The notes: generated by a model not told the origin, from the sequence alone. 64,000 nucleotides of DNA from an uncultured Methanoregulaceae archaeon (GCA_963841015.1 CAWJAX010000002.1:64001-128000), one strand, 5' to 3'. Shown: positions 35,519-47,256, numbered from the stretch's first letter. A program made the numbers and translations.

Positions 35519-37808
35519 TCAACCCGGTTTTTTACCTTTTTTCCCTCCACCCTCTTCTGTTTTAATTCGCCCGCTCATATTTCTGATAAAACCGAGAAGC
35601 GCTTTTTTGCCTTTCCAGGTGATCGCAGTGCCGCTTGCTTCTATCTCGATCAGGTGGCCGTCGTGATGCCTGATCCTGGTCTGGAAGATGGCAGGTGCCG
35701 GTTCCCCGCTGAATGCTTTTCTCACGACTTCGAGCAGATCAACAACAGACTCCGGAGAGATAAACCGGATAAACGATGCCCCGGTAAGCTCTTCAACGGT
35801 ATATCCGGCCATGTGTGCAAGACAGGGATTGACATACTCGAACCTCCCGTCACGGATAATAGCGATCCCCTCGCTTGCACCTTCTGCGACAATACGGTAC
35901 TTTTCTTCGCTTTCCTGGAGTGCTTCTTCAATCCTCTTGCGGTCAGTAATGTCCCTGACATATTCGATAACATACGACACATGGCCCTGGAGATCTTTGA
36001 TAGGGAATGCCCGGACTTCGCGAATCCGGCCATCTGCAGGATTTATCATCTCCTGTTCTGACATGTTCCCTGTTTCAAAGACCGGGCGGGCGCTGCAGAT
36101 TTCGCAGGGTTCATCCAGCAACTTAAACCGTCCGTAACAGGTTTTGCTTCTTTCCGGATCGCTCTGGTGGATCAGGTCGTGCCCTTTGGCATTTGTGTAC
36201 ATGATGTTATAGTTCCTGTCGATGACTATCAGAAGATCGGGTACCGCATCAAATACGCTCTGCATGAGAAGGCGTGAGGTCTGCAGGTTCTCTTCTGTAC
36301 ATTTTCGACCGGTAATGTCAATGAGCGACGCAATGCTCCTTTTTGTGCCCGGAAACATTTCAATGGTAAGAAGAATATTACGGATATCTTCGGATTTTGT
36401 GAGGAGCCGGAACTCATAGTGGCTGAGAGCCTCACTGGATCCTGCCCGTCGGAGTTTATGTTGTTCGATCATCCGGGGAAGGTCTTCTTTATGCACGAAT
36501 TCTGTCCATGACTTCCGGCTGTCAATATCATCCTGGGAATATCCGGTCAAACTGAAAAATTCTTTATTGGCAAAACCGACCGTAGTATCCTCTTCGATGA
36601 TCACCATTGCGGTGCCGGTGTGCTCAAAGATGGTCCGGTACCGGATTTCACTCTCCTTCAGTGCACTTTCTGTCCGTTTGCGATCGGTTACATCACGGAA
36701 ACTCCACACTCTCCCGACAACCGTTTCTCCAAGTTTCTGCGGTTGGGAGTAGCGTTCAAAAACACGTCCGTCCTTGAATCTTAGTACATCAGAACTGAAC
36801 TCAAGCGGGTTATTGTATAATTCCTGAACTTTCAATAAAAAATCATCCGGATCTGTCAGTTGACTGAGCACATGATTGATCGCTGTAGTATCATCACTTG
36901 TTTCAAGAATAGAGTGAGGGATTTGCCACATCTCGGCAAATTTCTGATTATAGTTTACGATCTTTCCCGTGCGATCGATCACCAGGAGACCGTCAGCGGT
37001 GGATTCAAGGGTAGACTTCTAATAATGAAAGCGCCTGCAGGGTTGCCTGCTCTGCCGCTTTGCGTTCAGTGATGTCAACAAGCACTCCCCTGAGTCCCAC
37101 CGGAATATTTTCCTGCATAATTGGTACTGAATAGGTAATAACAGGAAATGTGCTCCCATCTTTCCTTTTTGCAGTGTACTCAAGAGCCCCGGACGGTTCT
37201 CCGCGTAAGATTTTCCTGATATTTTCTCCAATACGCTGATGATCATCCTCAGAAAATACTGCAAAGACCGTGACTCCTTTTTCCAGATCTTCCGGGGTAT
37301 ATCCAAAGGTTTTCAATGCAACAGGATTGATAGAGGTGATGGTCAGCGTTTGATCAATTTCAAAAACGGTCTGGGGTAATAAATCAACGAGTTGCCGGTA
37401 TCTTGCCTCACTCTTCCGCAGTTCATCCTCAGTACGCCTTCTGTTTACTGCCTGCAGAATCTTATGTTTAAGCTCCACAAACTGTGCTTTCGGATCTCCG
37501 CCTTTCTGGAGATAGAAATCCGCCCCGCTGTTAATCGCTTCGATGACAACTTCTTCCCGCCCTTTCCCGGTAAAAAGGATGAACGGGATGGTGCTTGTTG
37601 CACGGATGTTTTTGAGAAATTCGATTCCATCCATCCCGGGCATCTGATAGTCCGAGACAATGGCATCATAGGTCTTTTTCTCCATCTGCTCTATTCCCTG
37701 ACGTGCGGAAATTGCAATATCGACTGAACAATCTCCCGAATGTTCCAGGAACAGCTTCCCGATATCAAGCAGCATTTCTTCATCATCGACATACAGGACC
37801 GAGAGCAT
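35519..37808 (-). CDS. response-regulator receiver + five PAS domains, frameshift near 37015
   Basis: MLSVLYVDDE..IVSDYQMPGMDG..FYLQKGG receiver; removing one base gives LESTLESTADGLLVIDRTG, joining ORF 35519-36982. Confidence 0.9.
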
Positions 37809-38097
37809 GGAATTCTCCTTATATTTTACCGTAAGCGGTTATGGGTCTTCTTGCAGGTTGGGTTTGTTATTGATATTCATCGATGATCCTAAAAAAAGAG
37901 ATGGGTCAATTCCTTTGGCGTGCGAATCCAATTCATCTTAAAATACTACAATTCTAAAAAATCTGCCTCTGTTCTCCGGATTTTTTACCGAAATGAACCA
38001 GGGAATATTTCATGAATATCCCACATGACAGATAAAAAAACGCAATCATTTTTTATAGGGATTGAAATTGATAGTGTAGCGTGAGCATCCGGAGAGG

Positions 38098-40621
38098 ATG
38101 ACTGCAAGGAACGGGACGGGCATGTATCGCGACGCCACACTCTCTGAAGAGGAGATTCTGAAGCATTTCGATACCTCGCTTTCCGAAGGGTTATCCTCAC
38201 GCCAGGCAGAGGATCGTCTCGCAACGGCGGGATACAATGAGGTCACCGCCAGGCAGGTCCCGTGGTGGGAGATAGCGCTTCGGCAGTTCAAATCAGCATT
38301 CATCTACCTGCTCCTGATTGCCGCAGCCATTGTCTTTGTCATTGGCGAGTATCTCGACGCGGGTATCATCCTCGGTTTTGTGATCATTAACGCTGCGCTC
38401 GGGTTTTACCAGGAGTACAAATCCGAGCTGTCCCTTCGGGCACTCCAGCAGTTTATCACCCCCAGATGCAGGGTGAAACGGGACTCGCTCTGGCATACGA
38501 TCAATTCCCGGAACCTGGTGCCGGGAGATATCATCAGACTGGGGACAGGAGATGCAGTGCCGGCCGATGTCCGTATCCTCAGCATGCATAACCTCGTCGT
38601 CAATGAGACGACCCTGACCGGTGAATCTGTCCCGGTCCCAAAGCGTCCCGATACCCTCGCAACAGAGCCAAAAAGCATCTACGAGAGCCACAACCTCTGC
38701 TTCAGCGGCACCTCCGTGGTGGGGGGTGACGCCATCGCACTGGTACTGGAGACCGGTGCGCATACCGCTATGGGGACTATTGCACGACTGACCGTGGAGA
38801 CGACCAAGGAGAGTGAATTCTCCAAAGGTATCGAACAGTTCAGCCGGTTTATCCTGCGGATGATCCTCGTCACCCTTGTCTTCATCTTCGTGGCAAACCT
38901 GCTGATCAAAGGAGAGAGTGTCGATCTCACCGAGCTCGTCGTCTTTTCTATCGCTCTCGTGGTGAGCGTAGTCCCGGAAGCCCTCCCGGTCGTGACCACG
39001 GTGTCGCTCTCCCGGGGTGCACTCGAGCTCGCAAAGCAGGGAGTCATCGTCAAGCGGCTTACAGCGATTGAGGATATCGGGAGTATTGAGGTGCTCTGCT
39101 CGGACAAGACCGGGACCCTCACGGAAAACACCCTGCAGGTCACGGAGATGTCCCCCGGGGCGCATCCCGGGCTGCTGCAGTATGCCTCGCTTACCGTGGC
39201 GGATACCGAGGAAAAGACAGAACCGTTCGATATCGCCATTGTGGCTGCAAAAAAAGAGCGACACACATCAGAAAGCTCCCCACCGGAGCGCCTCGCTGAG
39301 ATACCGTTTGATCCACAGCGCCGCATGAACGCGGTGCTGGTCCGGGACCATGCGCAGACCGTGATGATCGTTCGCGGTGCACCCGAAGAGGTCATCCACC
39401 TCTCACCGTCACTACCAGGACCAGACCGGGCGGCGCTTGCTGCCTGGCTTTCTGAAAAAGGGAAAGCAGGGGAGCGTACCATCGCTCTTGCAAAAAAGGT
39501 CCTGCCGCCCGGAACAGCAGGCATCTCCCCGGAGGATGAACAGGACCTTGAGTTTCTCGGTGCTATTGCGTTTACCGATCCGATCAAACCGTCCGCACAG
39601 ACTGCCGTGAAGAAGGCAAAAGACCTTGGGGTATCGATCAAGATCATCACCGGGGACAGCTGCGAGGTTGCCGGGGCCGTGGGTGTACGGATAGGGCTCC
39701 TTGATGATCCGACCCGCGTGCTCAGTGGTTCTGCGTTGATGGCGATGCCCGCCGATAAGCGTGAGCAGGCCGTGAAGGAGCATGCGGTCATCGCACGGGT
39801 TACCCCCGAGCAGAAATACGAGATCATACGTATACTCCAGGGTTCCTTCACGGTCGGGTTCCTGGGAGAGGGTATAAACGATGCACCGGCGCTTAAGCTG
39901 GCCGGGGTGTCTCTTGCCGTGGACAGCGCTGCCGATATTGCCCGTGAGGCGGCTGATATTATTCTGCTGAAAAAGGACCTCGAAGTGATTATCGAGGGAA
40001 TCCGGAGCGGAAGAGCGGTGTTTGCCAACACCGTAAAGTATCTCAAGGCGACCCTTGCCTCCAATTTCGGGAATTTCTATGCCCTTGCCATATCATCGCT
40101 GTTCATCAGTTTCCTGCCCATGCTGCCGCTCCAGATCCTGCTGCTGAACCTGCTGTCTGATTTCCCCATGATCTCGATCGCCACCGACACGGTTGACGCC
40201 GCAGAACTTACCAAACCAAAAAAGTACGAGATTAAGGAGATTGTGCTTATTGCCACCCTGCTTGGCGTGGTGAGCACGGTCTTTGACTTCATGTTCTTTG
40301 CCGTCTTTGTGAATCAGGGGGCCGATATCCTGCAGACCAACTGGTTCATGGGCAGCGTCCTGACCGAGCTCGCGTTTCTCTTCTCTGTCAGGACCCGACT
40401 GCCCTTCTACAAGGCAAGCCGGCCATCAACGATAGTCCTGGCACTGACAGGGTTTGCCGGAGCCATGGCCATTGTACTGCCCTACACCTTCTTTGGGCAG
40501 ACCGCGTTCCACTTCGTTCCACCTACTGCTATGCAACTGGGCGTTATCTTTGGCCTGGTCGGGGCGTTCTTCGTGTGTGCTGAACTGGTGAAAGAACTTT
40601 TATTACCGCTTCACGAACTAA
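38098..40621 (+). CDS. Mg2+-translocating (MgtA-like) P-type ATPase; true stop probably at 40621 via frameshift (KNFYYRFTN*)
   Basis: TGES, PEALP, CSDKTGTLT, IPFD..RR, TGD, GEGINDAP, ASNFGN, PMLPLQILLLNLLSD. Confidence 0.88.
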
Positions 40622-40879
40622 AAAAAAATTCATGGAAAGGTTATAGCCAATATCTGGCAGCAGCAAAACAGTGTGGTGGCAGGAATCGCAGCACTGGCCG
40701 CAATCGTTGTCGTTGGGGCCACGGTGATCGTGCGTAAAAGAGAACAGGAAAAGAGCGGACGGAATGAAAGAATCCTTATAAGTCTTAACGATATAAAAAA
40801 CAAAAAAAGTTCAATTAAAAAAAGTGATACAGAATACAAAAAACCTGAAGAGACAAAAAACTATAGGGAGAGATGTTTC

Positions 40880-41113
40880 CTGACATTCAAAAACGACATC
40901 ACCGGGAACTGGAAACGGGGATTATGGGCGGTCGGGATCTTCATTGCGGTCTGGATCGTGGTATATTTTATCGCATTCATGACCGCACTGGGCAATGATA
41001 CACCGTTTGCCAGAATGACCCTCAAAGGCGTTGAACTGTTTGCTATCGTTGCAAATCCGCTGTGGGGAATTCCCATCGCTTTCCTTATCGGAGTGTATAG
41101 CAAAAGGAAGTGA
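40880..41113 (+). CDS. small 2-TM membrane protein (start uncertain)
   Basis: 3' half of ORF 40673-41113: TFKNDITGNWKRGLWAVGIFIAVWIVVYFIAF...; the 5' half is A-rich and probably not coding. Confidence 0.5.
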   Translation: MTFKNDITGNWKRGLWAVGIFIAVWIVVYFIAFMTALGNDTPFARMTLKGVELFAIVANPLWGIPIAFLIGVYSKRK

Positions 41114-41150
41114 TCCTGATTCCCCCATCACTCCCAGAGAAGAATCCGGG

Positions 41151-41537
41151 TTATCCCTGCTGCGACACCGGCTCGTTCCGGGTCCGGTTCAGGTAGAGGC
41201 CGACTCCAACCGGGATGAGGAACGTGACAGTATGGTACACAAAAACATCCGTTTCATAATAGCTGGCCTGGAACAGCAGGACGATAAACAGGTAGTCAAG
41301 CAGGACGGCGATCAGAACCCATGCGATCCCAATCCCGGCGTAGTACTGCAGGGGGAGAGGCTCCCGCTTCCCGAACCACCACCATGCAATCACAATAGTG
41401 ACCGGGGTGAAGATGGCAATGAGGATCCAGCCCATGATTCCCGCATAGGGGGTATAAAACAGCACCAGTGACGCGAGATACCCGATTAACCAGAGAGCCG
41501 TGCCAAGGCCTGCGGTATCGATAATCCACTGTTTCAT
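41151..41537 (-). CDS. 4-TM membrane protein
   Basis: MKQWIIDTAGLG.ALWLIGY..; four hydrophobic segments. Confidence 0.75.
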   Translation of the reverse strand: MKQWIIDTAGLGTALWLIGYLASLVLFYTPYAGIMGWILIAIFTPVTIVIAWWWFGKREPLPLQYYAGIGIAWVLIAVLLDYLFIVLLFQASYYETDVFVYHTVTFLIPVGVGLYLNRTRNEPVSQQG

Positions 41538-41632
41538 ACAGGGTGTTTGACCGTTTCGCATTCTTGTACTTTATGCTGATTTCCAAAGATCCGGATCCGC
41601 AGGAAGATTACAAAGCAGGTATACTACTCCCT

Positions 41633-41700
41633 GCCTGCAGGTTTTTGCAATTACGCGGACCTGTGCAGGCTGCCGGAGGAAGGGAAGGCGAAAAATGAGA
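41633..41700 (+). pseudogene. PD-(D/E)XK nuclease C-terminal remnant 3 (very short)
   Basis: gcctgcaggtttttgcaattacgcggacctgtgc = ACRF/CNYADLC (one extra T), matching TCRFCDYADLC. Confidence 0.6.
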
Positions 41701-41733
41701 GTTCTCTTTACATTGCTGGTTCACGCCGGTTTT

Positions 41734-41931
41734 TTAGCGGTGCAGCAGGTAATCATGTCCTTTTTTACCGATGATGAGAAGAACAATTCCAAAGAATCCA
41801 TAAATTACCAGTAACGGGATAATTGTTGATGAAATTGTCTGAGATGAGGACGTGCTATCGGTCGTAAACGACATGATATACACCAGTGCGCCAATAACCA
41901 TTATCATAAAGAGCAAGGCCACTTTTTTCAT
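41734..41931 (-). CDS. small 2-TM membrane protein
   Basis: 65 aa, two hydrophobic helices. Confidence 0.6.
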   Translation of the reverse strand: MKKVALLFMIMVIGALVYIMSFTTDSTSSSQTISSTIIPLLVIYGFFGIVLLIIGKKGHDYLLHR

Positions 41932-42100
41932 AGTTCGGATTTCCCCCTTTTTTGACCATTCATGCTGGATTCAACCTTTCATGGCTTAAGCCAACAATAC
42001 CTGTCCTGAAAAGATAATAAAGTCTGGCGAGGCACTGTCGCAATGCAAGACACCGGGCAGTCATGGGGTAACTGGCACCAGCACACCGTAAACCCCCACT

Positions 42101-42544
42101 TCAGGAGAGCATCATGCCATGCAACACAGGGTTGCAATGCCATGCAGAAGGGATTATAGAATTTACAAAAAAGGAATCACCCGGTTTTCCCGGCCAACTC
42201 CCCTCCTGTATCATCCCGCCTTTGCTTCCGCTCCATTCCTGCTCGTCATTCATCAAATTGCAGACCTGTATTTTGAGAACCGGTAATTCTTCGTGAACGC
42301 TATTCCAGAGTAAATGCCAGTCCACACGAAAATACCGGGAAGTAACAATACCCCTGATCCCTTCATGGCCACTCCAGTCCACTTCAGGAGGGGCTGCGAT
42401 CAGGGATTCCGGCAGGTTTTTTGAGGCTTCCCAAGGACCTGAATATTTTATAAGGATCGTATCCTTTGTCCGTTCATCGGCCATCAGCTGATCCAGTATG
42501 TCGGATGTATCCCGCATGTTCCTGATAGAATAGAGGTACTTCAT
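42101..42544 (-). CDS. degenerate HepT/DUF86 (HEPN) protein
   Basis: EASKNLP......PEVDW....GIRGIVTSRYFRVDWHLLWNSV.EELP.LK is DUF86-like, but the Rx4H histidine is missing. Confidence 0.65.
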   Translation of the reverse strand: MKYLYSIRNMRDTSDILDQLMADERTKDTILIKYSGPWEASKNLPESLIAAPPEVDWSGHEGIRGIVTSRYFRVDWHLLWNSVHEELPVLKIQVCNLMNDEQEWSGSKGGMIQEGSWPGKPGDSFFVNSIIPSAWHCNPVLHGMMLS

Positions 42545-42652
42545 ATGTGAGCTATATGAGGGGTGTGGAAAAAACCAATTTTCAACTTCTCAAAACCTTA
42601 TTATTATATCGCATAAAAAAAGATTCATATTCGTTCATTTGGGGGGGGGAAG

Positions 42653-43189
42653 ATTCCGTTCTGTCCGGAATGCGGCTGCAGTGTCAAAATTGAGGATCAG
42701 TTCTGCGAGAGCTGCGGTACTGCTCTTTCGAAAACAGGGTTCCCGGTCCCTCCGCAGCCCTATATGCCTCCTCCTCCACAACCAACCCCACATCTTACTC
42801 CAGGGACACCTTTAGCCGGCCAGCCCCTGCCGGTCCGGCATAAGAGTGCTGGCCTTGCCGCTCTCGGGTCACTCTTGTTTTCCGGTCTCGGCCAGGTGTA
42901 CAACGGGCAGCTGCGAAAAGGAGTAGCGATATTTTTTGGAACCATCGCCGGTGTGCTCATGTTCGTTGTGCCCGGGCTCATCATATGGATGTTCGGGGTG
43001 GCAGATGCCTGGCAGACGGCAAAGAAAATGAATGAAGGCAAAATCCCCTTCCAGGAGCACAGCTGGCGCCAGATCATCGCTTTCTTCATGTATTCCTTTG
43101 TCATGGGATACCTCGTCTATTCGCTCCTTATGGTACTCCTGGGGATGATCAACGAAGGGGTTTTTTCTGAGATGATGATGTCATACTGA
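42653..43189 (+). CDS. zinc-ribbon + Pro-rich linker + TM2-like membrane protein
   Basis: In-frame extension upstream of ORF 42764: (ATT)PFCPECGCSVKIEDQFCESCGT; KSAGLAALGSLLFSGLGQVYNGQ..KG. Confidence 0.75.
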   Translation: MPFCPECGCSVKIEDQFCESCGTALSKTGFPVPPQPYMPPPPQPTPHLTPGTPLAGQPLPVRHKSAGLAALGSLLFSGLGQVYNGQLRKGVAIFFGTIAGVLMFVVPGLIIWMFGVADAWQTAKKMNEGKIPFQEHSWRQIIAFFMYSFVMGYLVYSLLMVLLGMINEGVFSEMMMSY

Positions 43190-43294
43190 CAGGCGGCCAC
43201 TAAATAACAGGCATTGCAGTATCGTACCAGCAAAAAAAAATGGCAGAATCAAACCGTGATTTTGTTGGTCCCGGCAAAAAAACAAAAAAACAGA

Positions 43295-43684
43295 TCAGGT
43301 ACGTCTTCTGCCGCATTTCCCACAGAATTTCGCACCGGGCTTAATCGGGTTACCACAGGCAGCGCAAACTGAAGACGGCGGAGGGGGCGCGGTCACTGGA
43401 GCGGCAGGGGCCCCGCAGTTGCTGCAGAATTTTTTACCGGGTGTTACCGGTTTACCGCAACCAGGGCAGGTAGATGGAGTTGCCACGGTCTGAATCGGTT
43501 GTGGCGATGGAGAAGGAGAAGAATCAACTGCCGCTGCTTCAGGTTGGGAAGAAACATTGCACGCTATCAGATTTCCGGCGGGATCATAACGGTACGTCAT
43601 TACTCTCCCATTATCGTATCGCACACTCGACAGGCGGTTCCGACCATCATACGTATAGATTATTTTTCCTAGTGAATCTTTCAT
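43295..43684 (-). CDS. small YD/RHS-repeat + double zinc-ribbon protein
   Basis: YTYDGRNRL....YDNG....YRYDPAGNL, then CPGCG..FCSNCG and CAACG..FCGKCG. Confidence 0.85.
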   Translation of the reverse strand: MKDSLGKIIYTYDGRNRLSSVRYDNGRVMTYRYDPAGNLIACNVSSQPEAAAVDSSPSPSPQPIQTVATPSTCPGCGKPVTPGKKFCSNCGAPAAPVTAPPPPSSVCAACGNPIKPGAKFCGKCGRRRT

Positions 43685-43706
43685 AAACTATTACCCCTTC
43701 TTCAGA

Positions 43707-46700
43707 TCACTTGCATTTATTGTCCTGATCTGCAGTCCAAGTATCATACCAGTTATTGGCTGCATTCCAGGCCTGCCCGAAATTTCCGGGGACGGCTTCG
43801 AACCAGTTACGTGCGGCATCGAACCATTCTCCCGTCACCGTATCAACTGTGGCTTTTACTGCCTGAGTACGTATTGGAGATACCGGATCCCCCCCAAGAG
43901 GTCTCCCACCCTATCGGGGATGTGGTCAGGATCGCGTTCCACAGTGCCTTGTGTCCTTCCCAGAAATCATCCATAACCGCTTGGCTCACATCTCCCTGAT
44001 TATTGTTCATCTGCCTTTCGTAGGCACCTGGTGCATTGGGATTAGTAAAGTAATCAATCGACCCAGCAATCTTATTATTGATGGTATTGAAGGTCCGGTC
44101 ATGCCTCAAGCCAAAACAAGCACCCCCATATGCGATGAGGATTAGCCCACCTGCAATGATAGGACCGAGGAGCCCTTCAGGATCCATGTACGTGACTGGA
44201 TTATTTCCTGCATACATGTAGACATTTAAGCCCCCGAGGATACCGATCGGGTCTTTCTGGATGAACCGCCCGGTTACTGCATCATAATAACGCCGTTTCA
44301 TGAAGTAGAGACCCCCTCCTTCCCGCATAACCCCATACAACCCGCAGTAGGTGAACGGCTGGCTATGTGCAAGGGATCCGGTCTCCTCGAATACATTGCC
44401 GAACGGATCGTACGCATAGGAGGCAGAAATGTTACCTTGTTCGTCAGTGAGACATAGGATATGACCACAGGTGTCGGCATGATAGAAATACGTCCTGCCG
44501 TTTGAGATCATGGCAAGAAGCCGCCCCCGGCAATAGACGTAGCATGAAATCACGTTTCCCGTTTCATCAGTCTCTGCAATCAGATCTCCTGTCGGACCAT
44601 AGAGATAACGATGGGAACCTCCATTGCCCGTGCTCTGGACACGCTGCCCTCTTCCATTATACGCAAATATCCGGTGCTCCCCTCCGGTTTTGAGATCGGT
44701 CAGGTGATTAAACGCATCATACTCCGCAGTAAAGGCCCGGACACCTTCGAACCTGGTGAGATTGCCATCACGGTCATACCGGAACCTGTCCCCATTCCAG
44801 GTCTCTACCTGGTTATGCGGTGTGTAGGTAGCAGTAACGGAATCCTTCCGGATTCCCTCCGGGAAAGGCTGTTTTCCGTTCTCCTCACAGATATTTCCTG
44901 CAGGATCCCGGATACAGGATACCGCGGCAACAGTTTCCGAACCCTTCAGGTGCGCTGCCTCTGTAATGCGCTGCCGTGCGTCAGAGCGATAGGTGCTTCG
45001 GGTTCCGTTCGAACGCGATTCAGAAAGGATGTTCCCCACATTATCATACCGTATCTCAACTTCATGACTCCCGAAACGTACCGTTACGGGACGGTTACGG
45101 GTATCGTACTGGAATTTCACCAAAAGACCGTCAGGGTACAGGATTGAAGAAATATTATCTGCTTCATCGTAGGTGCACGTAATTTCCTGATTTCCCGAAA
45201 AAGAAATGCCAATAACACTCCGGACGCGATTGTAGCGGTATGTTGTTTGACCGGCAGAATCGTTCATCTGGACAAGATTGCCCGCAGGATCATACCGGTA
45301 CGATGCCACGGTTTTACCGTCAAGCTCTTTCCCGATAAGATGACCCTCCGCATCATACTGATTTGAGATACGCTGGCCTTTTCCCGTGATGATCCCGCTG
45401 ATCCTGCCTTGCAGATCACGCGTGGCAGAGGTAGTGACCCCGGTCTGGTCGATCTGCTGGATCGGGGCACCATTCTTGTCATGCACAAAAGATATCGTGT
45501 TCCCCTTCTCATCGACAATGCGGCCCGGTGTCCTGCCAAATGCATACTCAAGCCGGGAAATTTCACCGGTTGGATAGGTTGCACCGGTTAACCGCCCAGC
45601 TCCGTCATACACAAAGTCAGTCGTCTGACCGCGTGGATCCACGGATTGGATCAATCGTCGGCATGGATCGTACCGGTAACGAAAACTGTTTCCGTCCCCG
45701 TCTCTCCGTTCGATGACAGAGAGGAGCGGATCCCGGGTAATTTTCATCTCTTTCCCGTTCTCATCTATGGTTGCGAGACGGGCACAACACCCGTATATAT
45801 GTTTTAATGAAGTACCATCTGCGTGAATTATGCGGGTCAGCCGCTGGTTACGGTCGAACTCATATTTGGTAGTGTTCCCCCGTGCATCCGTCATTGCCTG
45901 CAGGGTAAGCCCGGAAGGATCAAAGGCAAACCGGGTCCGGTGACCTTCAGGATCCGTTATCTCTGCCGTGTTCCCAAAAGAGTCGTAGCTGAATACGGTA
46001 ATACTCTTATTCTGATCTGCCACGGAAACAAGCTGGCCTTTTTGGTCATACCTGATACGAATTTCTGATCCTGATGGACTCTGCACTCCGGTTAAGTGCT
46101 GACGTGAATCAAAGGAGAACCGAAATGTGCTTCCAAGAGGTGTTGTCTCAGCCGTGAGATTCCCGTACTGGTCATGGGTAAACGTAGTCATTTCTCCATT
46201 GGGGCTCGTATACCGGACCGGGTTTCCAGCCGGATCATACGTCATCCGGCTCCCTTTACCCTTGCCATCGTTATGCCCGACCCGCTGACCTCCCTCGTAT
46301 TCGAAAAATTCGGATTCTCCCAGGGGATTGGTGATCGTTACCGTTTTCCCGTCTTTGCTCACATAGGTGGTTGCATTGCCGAGGGGATCGGTGATCTTTA
46401 CTGAATCTGCATCCCGTTGATACCGGGTCGTATAACCGGCTGCATCAGTAATAGCAGAGAGCAGGGAATTGCGATACTGAAATACCAGTCGCTTCCGGTC
46501 TTCTCCCACTTCCATGAGGGTTACGAGACCCGCAGCATTATATTCATACCGTGTGGGAATTCCCTGGAGATCGGTCACTGCGATGAGGTGCCCCCCCTTA
46601 TCATACTGAAATGAGGATCGCCTCCCGTCAGGAAGCACAAAACCCGTGCAGAGTCCGGCACTACTGTCAAACCGGGTTACTCTTCCCGCAGCATCCGTAA

Positions 46701-47256
46701 TTCCCCGAATTGCACCGTCGTTGGAATATTCCAGGGTAACAATATTTCCATCAAAATCACTTATTGAGTGCAGCGGAAGGATGCTTTTACCTTTGATTCG
46801 CAAATAGCGGTAGGACAAACGGGCTCCTTTCGGGAGATACAGCCAGTGAGTCCCGTAATCAAGAAGCCTGTCCCCGTTGTTTGATAGAGTCGCTGCTTCG
46901 ACAGGAGTCGTTTCGCTCCCGCTTCCTGGCGGTAGACTGCTTCGGAAACGGAGATTCTGTCCCGATCCCTTTTTCAGGAGGATCATGTTCCCCTCTTCGT
47001 GGAGAGATGACTCAAAGGAAAAACACCAGCCGTAGCCAAGCTGACTCCTGTCTCTGGAGAGAGAGTTATAGGTAAGGGTAAACCGGATTGCAGGTCCGAG
47101 CCCTTTATAGAATGATATTCGATCTTCGATGATGAGATTAAGGTTGGATGTGTTTACCCAGTAATTTGGCAGACCGAGCCTGTGTTCCGGTTCTTTTCCA
47201 TTATAGAATTCCGTCATCGGATAATCTGTTGGACTACCTGTCCTGATTTCAGTCAT
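43707..47256 (-). CDS. Rhs protein with RHS-associated core and novel C-terminal extension (probable frameshift at C7 run 43889-43895)
   Basis: DUF6531-like start (LTYNS....LGYGW), many YD repeats, RYYDAVTGRFIQKDPIG...NVYMYAGNNPVTYMDPEGL; ATG overlaps the upstream stop (ATGA). Confidence 0.93.

Noticed and set aside
38293-40064. Long antisense ORFs (323 and 461 aa) opposite the P-type ATPase
   Set aside because: Shadow ORFs of a GC-rich coding strand with no recognisable motifs. The same applies to the repeated 136-aa and 63-aa ORFs in the Ig array.
40622-40879. ATPase C-terminal extension to 40737 and the 5' half of ORF 40673-41113 as real coding sequence
   Set aside because: One indel gives a natural ATPase end at 40621; the following DNA is A-rich with at most a decayed TM-tail remnant.
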